The translations under genes were made by a program, and so were the position numbers. From Trueperaceae bacterium (GTDB taxonomy: Bacteria > Deinococcota > Deinococci > Deinococcales > Trueperaceae), in NCBI GenBank assembly GCA_965215565.1, contig CBDCDZ010000004.1:4320001-4384000 (forward strand): a stretch of 64,000 nucleotides of DNA, given 5' to 3'. Position 1 is the first letter of the stretch. Each line of letters begins with the position of its first letter. The notes beneath the pieces are model-generated. The model made no database searches, had not been told where the DNA came from, and saw only the letters and a list, made by a program, of their open reading frames with translations. Below are positions 1 to 9,972 of this stretch, one piece after another.

Positions 1-721
1 CGGGCTCGGCTCGCCCGGACCTCTTGACCTAGAGGCGGGCAAGGTACTCTTTGCGCCGAATATTCCGGATATGGAGGACGTCAGCATCGCCGAAGACTTA
101 GGGGAGCGCTTAAAGCGCACTGTCGTTCTGGAGAACGACGCCAACGCCGCAGGCTACGCCGAGCACCTCTTCGGAGCGGCGCGCGACCTGACGAGCAGCA
201 TCTACGTCACCATCTCGACGGGCGTCGGTGGCGGTCTCTTTTTAGGTGAAGACATCGTCCACGGCGCGGACGGCGTCGCGGGCGAAGTCGGGCATATGAC
301 CTTGCAACTCGGCGGACCCCTATGCGGCTGCGGTCACTACGGCTGCTGGGAGGCGGTGGGCGCGGGGCGAGCGATTGCGCGCGACGCCTCACACAGCTAC
401 GGCGAAGATTTGAAGACTCGTGAGGTCTTCGAGCGAGCGAAGAAGGGTGAACGTAAGGCGCTCCAGGCGGTGGACCAAGCGGCGCGTTACACGGGGCTCG
501 GGCTCGCCAACTTGCTCAAAGCCTTTAACCCCGACGGCTTCGTGATTGGCGGCGGGCTCATCCGCGCGGGCGACTTCTATATGGACAAGGTGCAAGCGGC
601 GGCGGACGAATTTTGCGCAGGCTATCCGAACGTGGAAATCTACATCGCCGAACTCGGCACGGACGCGGGTGTGATTGGAGCGGCGAGCGTGGCGACGCGG
701 GGGCTGGATAAGCGCGCTTAA
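1..721 (+). CDS. ROK family sugar kinase (glucokinase-like), 5' end outside window
   Basis: ENDANAA, STGVGGG, GEVGH and CGCGHYGCWE ROK motifs; frame open to the window start. Confidence 0.9.
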   Translation, partial: GLGSPGPLDLEAGKVLFAPNIPDMEDVSIAEDLGERLKRTVVLENDANAAGYAEHLFGAARDLTSSIYVTISTGVGGGLFLGEDIVHGADGVAGEVGHMTLQLGGPLCGCGHYGCWEAVGAGRAIARDASHSYGEDLKTREVFERAKKGERKALQAVDQAARYTGLGLANLLKAFNPDGFVIGGGLIRAGDFYMDKVQAAADEFCAGYPNVEIYIAELGTDAGVIGAASVATRGLDKRA

Positions 722-987
722 CATCGTTGGGTTGAGAGCGGCTGGTATTCGGTAAAGGTTGGAGCGGATAATTTTAGGCTCGAGGTTGCTCAACGTCGGG
801 GCTCAAGTCTCACCGTACCTCTTCTCTTGTCTTCAAAAAGGTGACGAAACGTCTTGAGGAGACCTACGAACCAAGCCTCTTAACGCCTACGCCCTACCCG
901 CAATTCTCTTGTAATTGAAAGTCTTGTATAAACCTCTTCGCACGCGCCTAAAGGCGGGTGAAAGGGTTAAGGAAATCCGTAAACTAC

Positions 988-1098
988 TAGCAGTTCCAAA
1001 ACATACTGAGACGGATGAGCGCAGGTGTCATCCCAAAATGTGCGTGCTAGGCGATGTTTGTTACAGTGAGAGTGTTTCTGACCAGATGACACCTGCTA
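988..1098 (-). repeat. Intergenic TAGCA...TGCTA element (family A), compact copy
   Basis: Reverse complement aligns with copies at 15208, 18390, 30659, 42669. Confidence 0.85.
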
Positions 1099-1144
1099 TT
1101 ATGTACTGAATTTTCACCTCGCGTTCGTCCATTCTGCTAGGCTT

Positions 1145-1687
1145 TTGAGCGTGGAACTATCTCTTCTTCTCAGCGCCTTTTTTATCTTCTTGATGCGCAT
1201 CGCCGACGTCGCGATTGGCACGGTTCGCATCGTCATGCTCGTGCGCGGCAAGCGTCTGCTCGCCGGTATTTTAAGCTTTCTGGAGTCTTTCGTCTGGCTT
1301 TTGGCAGCGGCGCAGGTGCTCACCGACCTGGATGACCCTGTCAAGATGGTGGCGTATGCGGGCGGCTACGCGGCAGGTACCATGCTCGGCGCGTCGGTGG
1401 AGCGTTGGATTGCTATGGGCAAGTGTATGATGCGCATCGTGGTGCCTATCCACTCGCCCGACGTCGCTTACGTGCTCCGCGAAAGAGGGTACTACGCAAC
1501 GGTCCTCAACGCCGAAGGGCGCGACGGCGGCGTGCGCATCGTCTTCAGCGTGATCAAGCGCCGCTATATCAAGGAGCTGCTTGCGCTCGTCCACGAGGCT
1601 AATCCCAAAGCGTTTGTCACGTTTGAAGAGGTCTCGGTGGGTACGGTCAAAGAGACGCAGCTTCGGCGTAAAGCGGTGCGGGTGTAA
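1145..1687 (+). CDS. DUF2179/DUF5698 family membrane protein
   Basis: RIADVAIGTVR, FLESFVW, YAGGYAAGT, NPKAFV pattern. Confidence 0.85.
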   Translation: MSVELSLLLSAFFIFLMRIADVAIGTVRIVMLVRGKRLLAGILSFLESFVWLLAAAQVLTDLDDPVKMVAYAGGYAAGTMLGASVERWIAMGKCMMRIVVPIHSPDVAYVLRERGYYATVLNAEGRDGGVRIVFSVIKRRYIKELLALVHEANPKAFVTFEEVSVGTVKETQLRRKAVRV

Positions 1688-1733
1688 AACTCGAGACAAC
1701 ACCCCCTTGAAGGGTTTGTAGTAAAGTGCCCTC

Positions 1734-3122
1734 ATGATCAAAATTGACACAAAAAACGTAACGAGCGAACGTTTAGGGGAAACGCACGGCTTGGACTTGG
1801 AGCGCGAGTTCGGCGCGTGGAGCGAGACGCTGGACGGGTACGTGGATGACCTCTTGGGCAAGAAGGACGACCCGGACGAGATGCTGGGCTGGATCGACCT
1901 GCCGGACGGCGGTCCCGAATCGACCTCCGGGGAAGTCGAACGGATTTTAGAGTACGCTGAGAACGTCGATTCGAAATATACGGACCTGGCGGTGTTGGGG
2001 ATTGGGGGCTCGAGCTTAGGCGGCATCACCGTCATCAACGCGCTCCAGCATCCTTACCGAAACATGCAAGAAAACGGCGACGGGCTGCGCGTTCACTTCG
2101 TGGACAACGTAGACCCGGACGCGGTACACGGGCTTTTAGAGGTCTTGAATCCTGAAACCACTTTAGTCAACGTCATCAGCAAGTCGGGCACGACCGCCGA
2201 GACGATGGCGGCGTATCTGGCATTCAAGGCGTGGCTCAGAGATGGCGTAGGTGACGCCTACAAAGACCAGATTATCGCCACGACGGACCCGGAGACGGGT
2301 ATCTTGCGCCCCCTCGCGGAGCGCGAAGGCTATACAACGTTCGTTGTGCCTCCTTCTGTCGGCGGGCGTTTCAGCGTTCTCTCTGCCGTAGGGCTCTTAC
2401 CGATTGCTTTAGCAGGGCTCGACGTGCGCGGACTCCTACAAGGTGCTGCCGAAGCGAACGAGATGGCCTCGAAGCCGATCTCCGACAATCCCATCAAGCA
2501 AGCCGCCATCATCCAGTATTTGGCGTACCGTCGCGGCAAGCCCATCAGCGTCTTGATGCCCTACAGTTCCCGCTTGCGCTACCTCTCGGACTGGTTCGTG
2601 CAGCTCTGGGCGGAGTCACTGGGTAAGTCCGAAGACCGCAACGGCAGCTTGGTCCATGAGGGCAGCACGCCTTTAGCCGCTCTGGGCGCAACGGATCAGC
2701 ACTCGCAGGTGCAGCTCTTCAACGAGGGACCGAACAACAAGCTCTTCACCTTCGTGCGCATCGAGACCTTCGACCAGACCGAGACCATCCCCGACGCGGA
2801 GCCCGAACTGGACGAGCTAGCCTATCTCGCAGAGAAGACCTTCAACAAACTTATCAACGCGGAACAGGCGGCGACGGCGCACGCGATTTTAGACCACGGA
2901 AAACCTAACTACACGCTCACGCTAGACAAGCTCGACGCGCATCACCTAGGGATGCTCCTGCAGTTTTTGGAGTGGCAAACCGCCTTGATGGGTGAACTGA
3001 CCTTTGTCAATACCTACAACCAACCCGGCGTCGAACTCGGCAAGAAGTACACCTACGCGCTGATGGGGCGCGAGGGGTTCGACGAGACGCGCGAGGAGTT
3101 GAACGAGGCGGGGGTAGAGTAG
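1734..3122 (+). CDS. pgi: Glucose-6-phosphate isomerase
   Basis: GIGGSSLG, SKSGTTAET, VGGRFSVLS, QLWAESLGK, NQPGVELGK. Confidence 0.97.
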   Translation: MIKIDTKNVTSERLGETHGLDLEREFGAWSETLDGYVDDLLGKKDDPDEMLGWIDLPDGGPESTSGEVERILEYAENVDSKYTDLAVLGIGGSSLGGITVINALQHPYRNMQENGDGLRVHFVDNVDPDAVHGLLEVLNPETTLVNVISKSGTTAETMAAYLAFKAWLRDGVGDAYKDQIIATTDPETGILRPLAEREGYTTFVVPPSVGGRFSVLSAVGLLPIALAGLDVRGLLQGAAEANEMASKPISDNPIKQAAIIQYLAYRRGKPISVLMPYSSRLRYLSDWFVQLWAESLGKSEDRNGSLVHEGSTPLAALGATDQHSQVQLFNEGPNNKLFTFVRIETFDQTETIPDAEPELDELAYLAEKTFNKLINAEQAATAHAILDHGKPNYTLTLDKLDAHHLGMLLQFLEWQTALMGELTFVNTYNQPGVELGKKYTYALMGREGFDETREELNEAGVE

Positions 3123-3152
3123 GCTTTACACTTAATTCGAAGGGAGCTTCGT

Positions 3153-3443
3153 TTGCAGCCTCGAGTCCTCTTTCTGCGCCGCTTCCTCATTCCGCTCGCA
3201 CTAAGCGTCACCCTGCTCTTCGCGGTGCTCTCGCTCGGTGAAGTGCTCTTCTATATCTATGAGCGGCGCAGTGTTCCGCCCTTTCGCCTCCTGCTTGAGG
3301 CGAGCTTCTAGTGCGCGCTCTACGGCTGGCAACTGTCCATCCGTCAGCGGAGGATCAGCCGAGCTTACGGGTGTGGGGTTGTGGCGCTGCTGACTTTGGG
3401 CTACTTCTTCTTATCCTTTGGAACCCAACTCGCTGCGAGGTAG
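3153..3443 (+). pseudogene. Small membrane protein gene with one internal TAG
   Basis: AGGGAG then TTG start; hydrophobic 96-codon frame broken only by TAG at 3309-3311. Confidence 0.5.
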
Positions 3444-3453
3444 ACTCTAAACG

Positions 3454-4077
3454 ATGCCTTTTCCCTTAAACCGTCCCGCCCGCCTCGCCGTCTTCGCCTC
3501 CGGGCGCGGCTCGAACTTGCGTGCGCTCCGCGCCGCGTTTCCGCCCGGACATCCGCTGGCGTCGGTTCACCTCGTCATAAGTAACCACGCGGAGGCGGGC
3601 GCGCTGACCTACGCCCGAGAGAAGGGCGTCCTCGCGCACTTCATCCCGTTCGGCAAAAACCGCGAGGGTTTCGAGCGGGCGGCGGCGCAGCTTCTGGACA
3701 CCGAAGCGGTTGACCTAGTCTGCTTAGCGGGTTTTATGCGCGTGCTCTCGCCCGACTTTGTAGAGCGCTACGCGGGACGCATCTTGAACATCCACCCGTC
3801 GCTCTTGCCGCGTTTCCCTGGGCTTCATCCGCAGCAGAGAGCCCTGGACGCGGGCGTGAGCGAATCGGGTTGTACCGTGCACTTCGTGGACGCAGGCGTG
3901 GACACCGGACCGAGCGTCGTGCAGCGGCGCGTCCCGGTCTACCCGGAGGATGACGTAGACACGCTCTCGGCGCGCATCTTACGCGCCGAGCACGCCGCGT
4001 ACCCCAAGGCGGTGCGGCTCGTTCTGGAGGGAGAGGTTGTGATGGACGCGCCCCAGCGTGAAGAGGTCGAGCGGTGA
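3454..4077 (+). CDS. purN: Phosphoribosylglycinamide formyltransferase
   Basis: SGRGSNL, LAGFMRVL, NIHPSLLP, GCTVHFV, VDTGP. Confidence 0.97.
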   Translation: MPFPLNRPARLAVFASGRGSNLRALRAAFPPGHPLASVHLVISNHAEAGALTYAREKGVLAHFIPFGKNREGFERAAAQLLDTEAVDLVCLAGFMRVLSPDFVERYAGRILNIHPSLLPRFPGLHPQQRALDAGVSESGCTVHFVDAGVDTGPSVVQRRVPVYPEDDVDTLSARILRAEHAAYPKAVRLVLEGEVVMDAPQREEVER

Positions 4078-5318
4078 AGGTGCTCGTCGTCGGCGGCGGC
4101 GGCAGGGAGCACGCGGTCGCGTGGGCGCTCGCGCGTTCGCCGCGCGTCACGGACGTCGTCGCCGCACCCGGCAACGCGGGTATCGCTCAGTTCGGGCGCT
4201 GTGTAGAGACTGACTTAACACCTGATAACCTCCTAGCTGTTGCCAAGCGCGAGCGCGTAGACCTCACCTTTGTGGGACCGGAAGCGCCGCTCGTGGACGG
4301 CGTCGTCGACCTCTTCGAGGCGGAAGGGTTGCGGATTTTTGGACCCAACAAGCAGGCGGCGCAGCTCGAGGGCTCCAAACGCTACGCGAAAGATTTCATG
4401 GCGCGTTACGGTATCCCTACGGCGAATTACGCGAGCTTTAGGGAGGTGGACGAGGCGCTCGAGCACCTCCGCGCCGCCGCTTACCCCACCGTCGTTAAAG
4501 ACGCCAATCTCGCGGCGGGTAAGGGCGTCACCATCGCGCAGACCCCCCAGGAGGCGCGGCGGGCAACCGAAGAGGTGCTCACTGCGCCCGGTGGGGGAGA
4601 GGTAGTCACCGAAGACTTTTTGGTTGGACAAGAGGTCAGCTTGCTCCTCTTCACCGACGGCGAGACGGCGAAACCGATGCTGCTCGCCCAGGACTATAAG
4701 CAGGCGCTGGACGGCGATACCGGACCCATGACGGGCGGCATGGGAACGGTTGCGCCCGCACCTCTTCTAAGTGGCGCGCAGATGGAAGAGGTCACAGCGC
4801 AGATTGTCGAGCCCACCCTGCGCGGTCTGCGTGAAGAGGGCGTGATTTACAAGGGTGTCCTTTTCATCGGTTTGATGCTGACGGAGGCAGGCGTCAAAGT
4901 TCTGGAATACAACGTGCGCTTAGGCGATCCTGAAACGCAGGTGGTTTTACCTCTTCTCAAAACGGATTTGGTGGACGTTTTAGAGGCGGTCATTGAAGAG
5001 CGCTTGCACGAGGTGAAGCTCGAGTGGTCCGCCGGGCACGCCGCGTGCGTCGTGATGGCTGCGCCGGGCTATCCGGGCGATTATCCGAAAGGTTTACCTT
5101 TTAATATTCCACCGCTGCCCGAAAACGTTACCGTCTTTCACGCGGGCACCTCTTTGCAAGACGGGCGTTGGGTCAGTTCTGGTGGGCGCGTGCTCGGCGT
5201 GACGGCGCTGGCGGATACGCTGGCGGGCGCGGTCCGCTCGGCATACGGAGCGGTTGAGAAGGTTCACTTTGAGGGTGCGCACTACCGCCGGGACATCGGG
5301 CGGCGCGTGCTTTCTTGA
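4074..5318 (+). CDS. purD: Phosphoribosylamine--glycine ligase
   Basis: [39 protein letters not shown] overlap with purN. Confidence 0.97.
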   Translation: MKVLVVGGGGREHAVAWALARSPRVTDVVAAPGNAGIAQFGRCVETDLTPDNLLAVAKRERVDLTFVGPEAPLVDGVVDLFEAEGLRIFGPNKQAAQLEGSKRYAKDFMARYGIPTANYASFREVDEALEHLRAAAYPTVVKDANLAAGKGVTIAQTPQEARRATEEVLTAPGGGEVVTEDFLVGQEVSLLLFTDGETAKPMLLAQDYKQALDGDTGPMTGGMGTVAPAPLLSGAQMEEVTAQIVEPTLRGLREEGVIYKGVLFIGLMLTEAGVKVLEYNVRLGDPETQVVLPLLKTDLVDVLEAVIEERLHEVKLEWSAGHAACVVMAAPGYPGDYPKGLPFNIPPLPENVTVFHAGTSLQDGRWVSSGGRVLGVTALADTLAGAVRSAYGAVEKVHFEGAHYRRDIGRRVLS

Positions 5319-5390
5319 GTAGGGTTCACATTTTTAGCAGGTCTTACAACTCGAGTCCTATCCAAAACCTTGAGACCCTCACGCTATGTA

Positions 5391-5651
5391 TAGCAAGTAT
5401 CATTTGGTTTGAGTGTACGTAAGTTTTTCCCGGTTACACCGTTTTCGCGGATGCGAAAGGGAAACTTCGTAAGCGGAGCAACGCTCTCACAATGTAGAAC
5501 ACCGTTGCCTAACGGCAAACTACGTCATTCGCTTTGCGAAAACTTCGTCCCTACGAGCTTTCAGAAAGCAGCACGCACATTTGAGAATGAAATCCTGCTA
5601 GCCTACGGCTGAGACTTGCGCTATTCCAATCAGTACTTATGTTAATTGCTA
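5391..5651 (+). repeat. Family A element, subfamily 2, expanded by three internal inserts
   Basis: Matches reverse complement of 46174-46305 apart from three insertions. Confidence 0.85.
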
Positions 5652-5825
5652 TATTGCACTGTCAGCTAAATACTGAACCATAATATCATTCTGAGCGGAG
5701 CGAAGCGGAGTCGAAGAATCTCTGCGTTTGCCTTCTCCTCTAGCAGAGATTGAAAGACGAGACCCTTCGACAAGCTCAGGGTGACATCAGCGAGAAGGTG
5801 TCAATACCTTGTTGACAGTGCAATA
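5652..5825. mobile_element. MITE-like element (TIR ATTGCACTGTCA/TGACAGTGCAAT) containing a REP-like hairpin
   Basis: Perfect terminal inverted repeat; internal TCATTCTGAGCGGAGCGAAGCGGAGTCGAAG...CTTCGACAAGCTCAGGGTGA stem. Confidence 0.7.
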
Positions 5826-5897
5826 TTTGGGTTTGTCGCTTAGACCTCTTAGCCTCCGCAACGCTGCACCTCATTTGTAAGCGTTACACTCTGGGGC

Positions 5898-6806
5898 ATG
5901 TTAGACGACCTTAGCAGACTCACCGCCGCCGACGAGCGCGGCTTCTTGACGCGCTTAGCCGCGCTCCCCGGCTCTTACGACGGACCTGACGGGCTCCGCG
6001 CCGAACCCTACGGGCTCACGGGCTTCGGCGAAGCGAGCGCCCTAAGTGCCGCGCTGCGGAGTTGGGTAGACGCGCCGCTCGTCGTAGCGGGGACGCAATT
6101 CATGCTCGCATCGGGCTTTGATTTCGGCGAACTCGGGGCGCTGAAGATGAGCCTCGAGCTTGCCGACGCCGCCGTCATCACCTTAGGTTATGAGGCTTAC
6201 ACGCCAGACTTTCGCGTCGCGCCGGACGTGCTCAGCCCTTACATTTACGCGAGCTACCTCGCCTACGCCACTGGGCACGGCGAGGCGCTAGCGCAAGCCG
6301 AAGCGGTCATGGCAACCCTGCGTGACCAGCTCCGCCCCGAAGTCGAGACGGAGCGTAACCCCGCCAAGACGCTCGCCTGGGCACTCTGGAACCGCGTGCC
6401 CCTGCTCGTTGCGCCTAAAAGCGACGCAGGTGCACTCAACCTCTTGCAGCGCGTCTTCGCCCGGGTAGGCAAGTCGCTCAGCGTAAGCGCAGGGGAGCAT
6501 CCCCTGGAGTTTTTAGCGGGCGCGTTCGAAGGGCGACACAACCTCGCGGATGACGTCGTCGGCGTTATCGTCGGCGCGGAGGACGAAGAGATACGTTTGG
6601 CGAAAGAGGTGTTGGAAACGCGGGCGGCGCAACTCGAGCACTTGCGTATTCCTTTTGGCGGCGTCGGCGAGCCGCTCGCTGACCCTGGAGCGAGGGCTTT
6701 AGTGCTCTGGTACGCGGGGCTCTGGGTTGCAGCGTACTTAGCGTTTCTCCACGAGCAGAGCCCGGAGGACAGCCAAGTCTACGAGACGCTGCAAACGGTG
6801 CAGTAG
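5898..6806 (+). CDS. SIS-domain protein, bifunctional phosphoglucose/phosphomannose isomerase-like
   Basis: NPAKTLAWAL..RVP segment typical of the PGI/PMI C-terminal domain. Confidence 0.6.
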   Translation: MLDDLSRLTAADERGFLTRLAALPGSYDGPDGLRAEPYGLTGFGEASALSAALRSWVDAPLVVAGTQFMLASGFDFGELGALKMSLELADAAVITLGYEAYTPDFRVAPDVLSPYIYASYLAYATGHGEALAQAEAVMATLRDQLRPEVETERNPAKTLAWALWNRVPLLVAPKSDAGALNLLQRVFARVGKSLSVSAGEHPLEFLAGAFEGRHNLADDVVGVIVGAEDEEIRLAKEVLETRAAQLEHLRIPFGGVGEPLADPGARALVLWYAGLWVAAYLAFLHEQSPEDSQVYETLQTVQ

Positions 6807-6814
6807 CACCAAGC

Positions 6815-6853
6815 GAAGAAGCGCTCAGCGACGGTACGCTGAGCGCTTCTTCA
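6815..6853. terminator. Hairpin between convergent genes, probable bidirectional terminator
   Basis: GAAGAAGCGCTCAGCG-acggta-CGCTGAGCGCTTCTTC. Confidence 0.75.
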
Positions 6854-6893
6854 CAGTAGTTCTGCGTCGTAAATTCTCGGGCGGACGAGTACT

Positions 6894-7997
6894 CTAGTCT
6901 TGCTCGAAGCGGATATTCATCTCGTCTTCCATGCCGAACGCCTGCATCTTCTCCCTATCGGCGAGCAGTTCAATCTGATCGCCTGCTTCGACTCTGGCGT
7001 GCGGGTCCACGCGGGCGACTAAGTTTTGATCGCCGTCTACCGAGGCGATGATCTGCGTCTCTGCGCCTAAGGGCTCGACGACTTCGACCGTCGCTTTAAT
7101 GATGTTGTTTTCTTCAGGAATCTCGGTGAGCCCGCGAACGCCTAAGTCTTCGGGGCGAATGCCGAAGTAAACCTTGTTGCCGTCGTGCTTTTTGATCTTT
7201 CTCAGCAGTTCGTCGTCGGGCTTGACGCTAAAGCTGTTGCTCTGGATCATGCCGTCCTTGACGGAGCCCACCAAGAAGTTCATAGCGGGCGAGCCCATGA
7301 AGCCAGCGACAAATCTGTTAACGGGCTTTTCGTAGAGGTTGATGGGCGTATCGACCTGCTGGATAAAGCCGTCTTTCATCACGACGATGCGCGTACCCAT
7401 CGTCATCGCCTCGACCTGATCGTGCGTGACGTAGATGGTGGTGACGCCCAAGCGCTTATGCAGCTTCGAAATCGAGGCGCGCATCTCGACGCGGAGTTTC
7501 GCGTCCAAGTTGGACAGAGGCTCGTCCATCAAGAAGACCTTGGGCTCGCGCACGATGGCGCGGCCCAAAGCGACGCGCTGGCGCTGCCCGCCGGAGAGTT
7601 CGCGCGGGCGGCGGTCTAAGAGGTGCTCGATCTGCAGGATTTGCGCGGCGTCTTTGACGCGCTTCTCGATCTCATCCTTGGGTGTTTTGCGCAGCCTCAG
7701 ACCGAAGGACATGTTCTGACGCACGTCCATGTGAGGGTAGAGCGCGTAGTTTTGGAAGACCATCGCGATGTCGCGGTCTTTGGGCGGCACGTCGTTGACG
7801 ACTTTGTCACCGATGCGGAGCGTGCCCTCGCTGATCTCTTCTAGCCCCGCGATCATCCGCAGCGTCGTCGTCTTGCCGCAGCCCGACGGACCGACGAAGA
7901 CCATGAACTCCTCGTCTTGGATGTGCAAGTCGAACTCCTGAACTGCCGTCACAGGACCGAACCGCTTGTAGACGTTATCTAGCACTACCTCTGCCAT
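6894..7997 (-). CDS. malK: Sugar ABC transporter ATP-binding protein (MalK/MsmX family)
   Basis: GPSGCGKT, VFQNYALYPHM, LSGGQRQR, DEPLSNLDAKLR, TOBE tail. Confidence 0.92.
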   Translation of the reverse strand: MAEVVLDNVYKRFGPVTAVQEFDLHIQDEEFMVFVGPSGCGKTTTLRMIAGLEEISEGTLRIGDKVVNDVPPKDRDIAMVFQNYALYPHMDVRQNMSFGLRLRKTPKDEIEKRVKDAAQILQIEHLLDRRPRELSGGQRQRVALGRAIVREPKVFLMDEPLSNLDAKLRVEMRASISKLHKRLGVTTIYVTHDQVEAMTMGTRIVVMKDGFIQQVDTPINLYEKPVNRFVAGFMGSPAMNFLVGSVKDGMIQSNSFSVKPDDELLRKIKKHDGNKVYFGIRPEDLGVRGLTEIPEENNIIKATVEVVEPLGAETQIIASVDGDQNLVARVDPHARVEAGDQIELLADREKMQAFGMEDEMNIRFEQD

Positions 7998-8105
7998 GTC
8001 AGCCTCCTTTTATCTTTTTATCTTGTGCCTTTCACAGTGCGTGTGATTCACCACTTTAACACAGCCGGGCGCAGAAGAGAAGGGGGCTAGGGGGTTGCAT
8101 CCTCG

Positions 8106-9023
8106 CTACATTCTCGTGGTGCCCGTGAGCCACTCGCGCCACGAGAGCTTGTCGCCGCGCTCAGAGAACTGCCCCTTGTCCTCGCCGAACTGCATGTAGT
8201 TTAGAAACGCCACGAAGACCACACCGCCCAGCGTGTTGCCAAGCACCACCGGGATGAGGAAGCGGAAGAGGTAGTCACCCAAGTTAGCGCTGCCCTTAAA
8301 GACGATAAAAAGCACCTCCACCGAGCCGACGATGCAGTGAAAGAGGTCAGCGGAGACCTGCAAGTAGATGAGAAGCCAGATGAGAACCACCCTCGAGAGC
8401 GTATCCCGCGCCGCGTGCACCAGCCAGACGATGCCCGCTAAAAGCCAGCCCGCTAAAATCGCCTTGAAGAAAGCGTCCCACCACCCCTCTTCAATGAGGT
8501 GCTCACCGAAACCTACGGCCGCCTCCGTCGCCTCGGGCGAGAGTACGCCCGTAGAGGCGAGTAGCAGGGCGAAAAGCGCCGCGCCTACAACGTTCGCGAC
8601 CAAGACGATGCCCCAGATGCGCAAGAGGTCGGGTAAGCTCGCCAAACGGGTCAAGACCAGCGCCACGGGCGTCAGCGTGTTCTCGGTGAAGAGCTGATAG
8701 CGCCCTAAGATCAAAAAGATAAACCCCACCGGATAGAGCAAGTTCGCTACCAGACCGCTCTCAAAGGGCGTCAGCGCGGCGAACGTGGCTCGCGCCAAGA
8801 TGCAGAGCCCCAGCACGAGCCCCGCTGTCAGACCGCTCCAGAAGAGGAGTCCGTTCGAGCGCCCCAGCTCTTCATCGGCGGTGGCGAGCACGCGCCTGTA
8901 AATCTCGTCCAGATTGAAAAAGTCAGGGACAGCCTCTCCTTTATCAGGCGCGTCCTTGATGGAATGCGGCACCTCGCCGGGCGGCACCTCTTCGGCGTCT
9001 AACGTTTCGTTCACTTCTGCCAT
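8106..9023 (-). CDS. Formate/nitrite transporter family protein (YfdC-like)
   Basis: QLFTENT, FHCIVGS, GNTLGG. Confidence 0.9.
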   Translation of the reverse strand: MAEVNETLDAEEVPPGEVPHSIKDAPDKGEAVPDFFNLDEIYRRVLATADEELGRSNGLLFWSGLTAGLVLGLCILARATFAALTPFESGLVANLLYPVGFIFLILGRYQLFTENTLTPVALVLTRLASLPDLLRIWGIVLVANVVGAALFALLLASTGVLSPEATEAAVGFGEHLIEEGWWDAFFKAILAGWLLAGIVWLVHAARDTLSRVVLIWLLIYLQVSADLFHCIVGSVEVLFIVFKGSANLGDYLFRFLIPVVLGNTLGGVVFVAFLNYMQFGEDKGQFSERGDKLSWREWLTGTTRM

Positions 9024-9225
9024 GAAACCCCTTTCGGTTGCTCAGCGATTCTACCTCACGGGTTCGGCGTAACGTGACCTCCGTTTACAGTTTGGGGGCC
9101 CCAGGTAGAGCTTTCAGAGAAGATGGCGCGGCAAGAAGAGGTGGCGGAGATGTTGAGTGAAAAGGTCTGAATCCTTTTGCATGTTTTGCCGTTGTTGAAA
9201 CTACGTCTCTGCCGTATAATTACTT

Positions 9226-9288
9226 GTGCTCGAGTTCACCGAAACCTCTTTGTTCACGAAGATCAAGGAGGCGATTGACCATGAATGA
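9226..9288 (+). pseudogene. RelE/HigB-like toxin stub with internal deletion
   Basis: 20-codon VLEFTETSLFT-KIKEAIDHE* after TATAAT (9215-9220), overlapping the antitoxin start. Confidence 0.6.
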
Positions 9289-9583
9289 AAAAGACCTAGC
9301 TGAATGGGAAAAAGGACGCGACCTCGGTCAAGAAATCTTGCAGGGTATAGGAGAGATTAAAGCAGGTAAAACGGGGCGGAGATATACAGCAGCGTCTTTC
9401 CCAATCGTTCGTGCTCGTGAAAAAACAGGGTTAAGCCAAAGCGAATTTTCTGAACTCCTCGGTGTGTCGGTTCGCACCCTCCAAGATTGGGAGCAGGGAC
9501 GGCGAGAGCCTTCGGGGGCTGCGAAGACGTTGCTCAAAGTGGCGGAGCGTTGTCCTGAGATTTTGCGGGAGGTGGCAGCTTAG
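9281..9583 (+). CDS. XRE/HTH antitoxin (HigA-like)
   Basis: AREKTGLSQSEFSELLGVSVRTLQDWEQGRREPSGAAKTLL. Confidence 0.88.
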   Translation: MNEKDLAEWEKGRDLGQEILQGIGEIKAGKTGRRYTAASFPIVRAREKTGLSQSEFSELLGVSVRTLQDWEQGRREPSGAAKTLLKVAERCPEILREVAA

Positions 9584-9654
9584 TTATTGGGAGTGGGAGA
9601 AGATTGACCTCTCAGTAAAGATAGCGAAGTGGGAAGAGGTGACGGAGATGCTGA

Positions 9655-9972
9655 ATGCAAAAGCATGATGTAGAGATAGAGAAGCGCTACCTAATGCTGA
9701 AAGGAGTACTCGAGCAACTCGCTGAGCGCTTTTATGACAATCCAGGTATTCAAGCTTTACGCAAAGAGAACCGTTATGACGTTGTTGAGCAAGTTAAAGA
9801 CTACGCTAATCATAGCGAATTTAGCATTTCATTCGAGACACTTGTAGATCAGCTTTACGAATTTGACATAGCGATTTCAAAAGAAGATGTCAAGCACATC
9901 CGGTACGTGGCTGACCTCTTAAAAATTCCTTACAAACGCTGGGGTTTTGTGCGTCGCTTGGTTAGAAATTGA
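9655..9972 (+). CDS. Hypothetical protein, MafI-like immunity protein
   Basis: AT-richer ORF; HSEFSISFETLVDQLYEFDIAIS resembles the MafI pattern as I recall it. Confidence 0.55.
   Translation: MQKHDVEIEKRYLMLKGVLEQLAERFYDNPGIQALRKENRYDVVEQVKDYANHSEFSISFETLVDQLYEFDIAISKEDVKHIRYVADLLKIPYKRWGFVRRLVRN

Noticed and set aside
1271..2038. Long antisense or alternate-frame ORFs (also 34002-34787, 62166-62816)
   Set aside because: Shadow ORFs of GC-rich genes with no motifs
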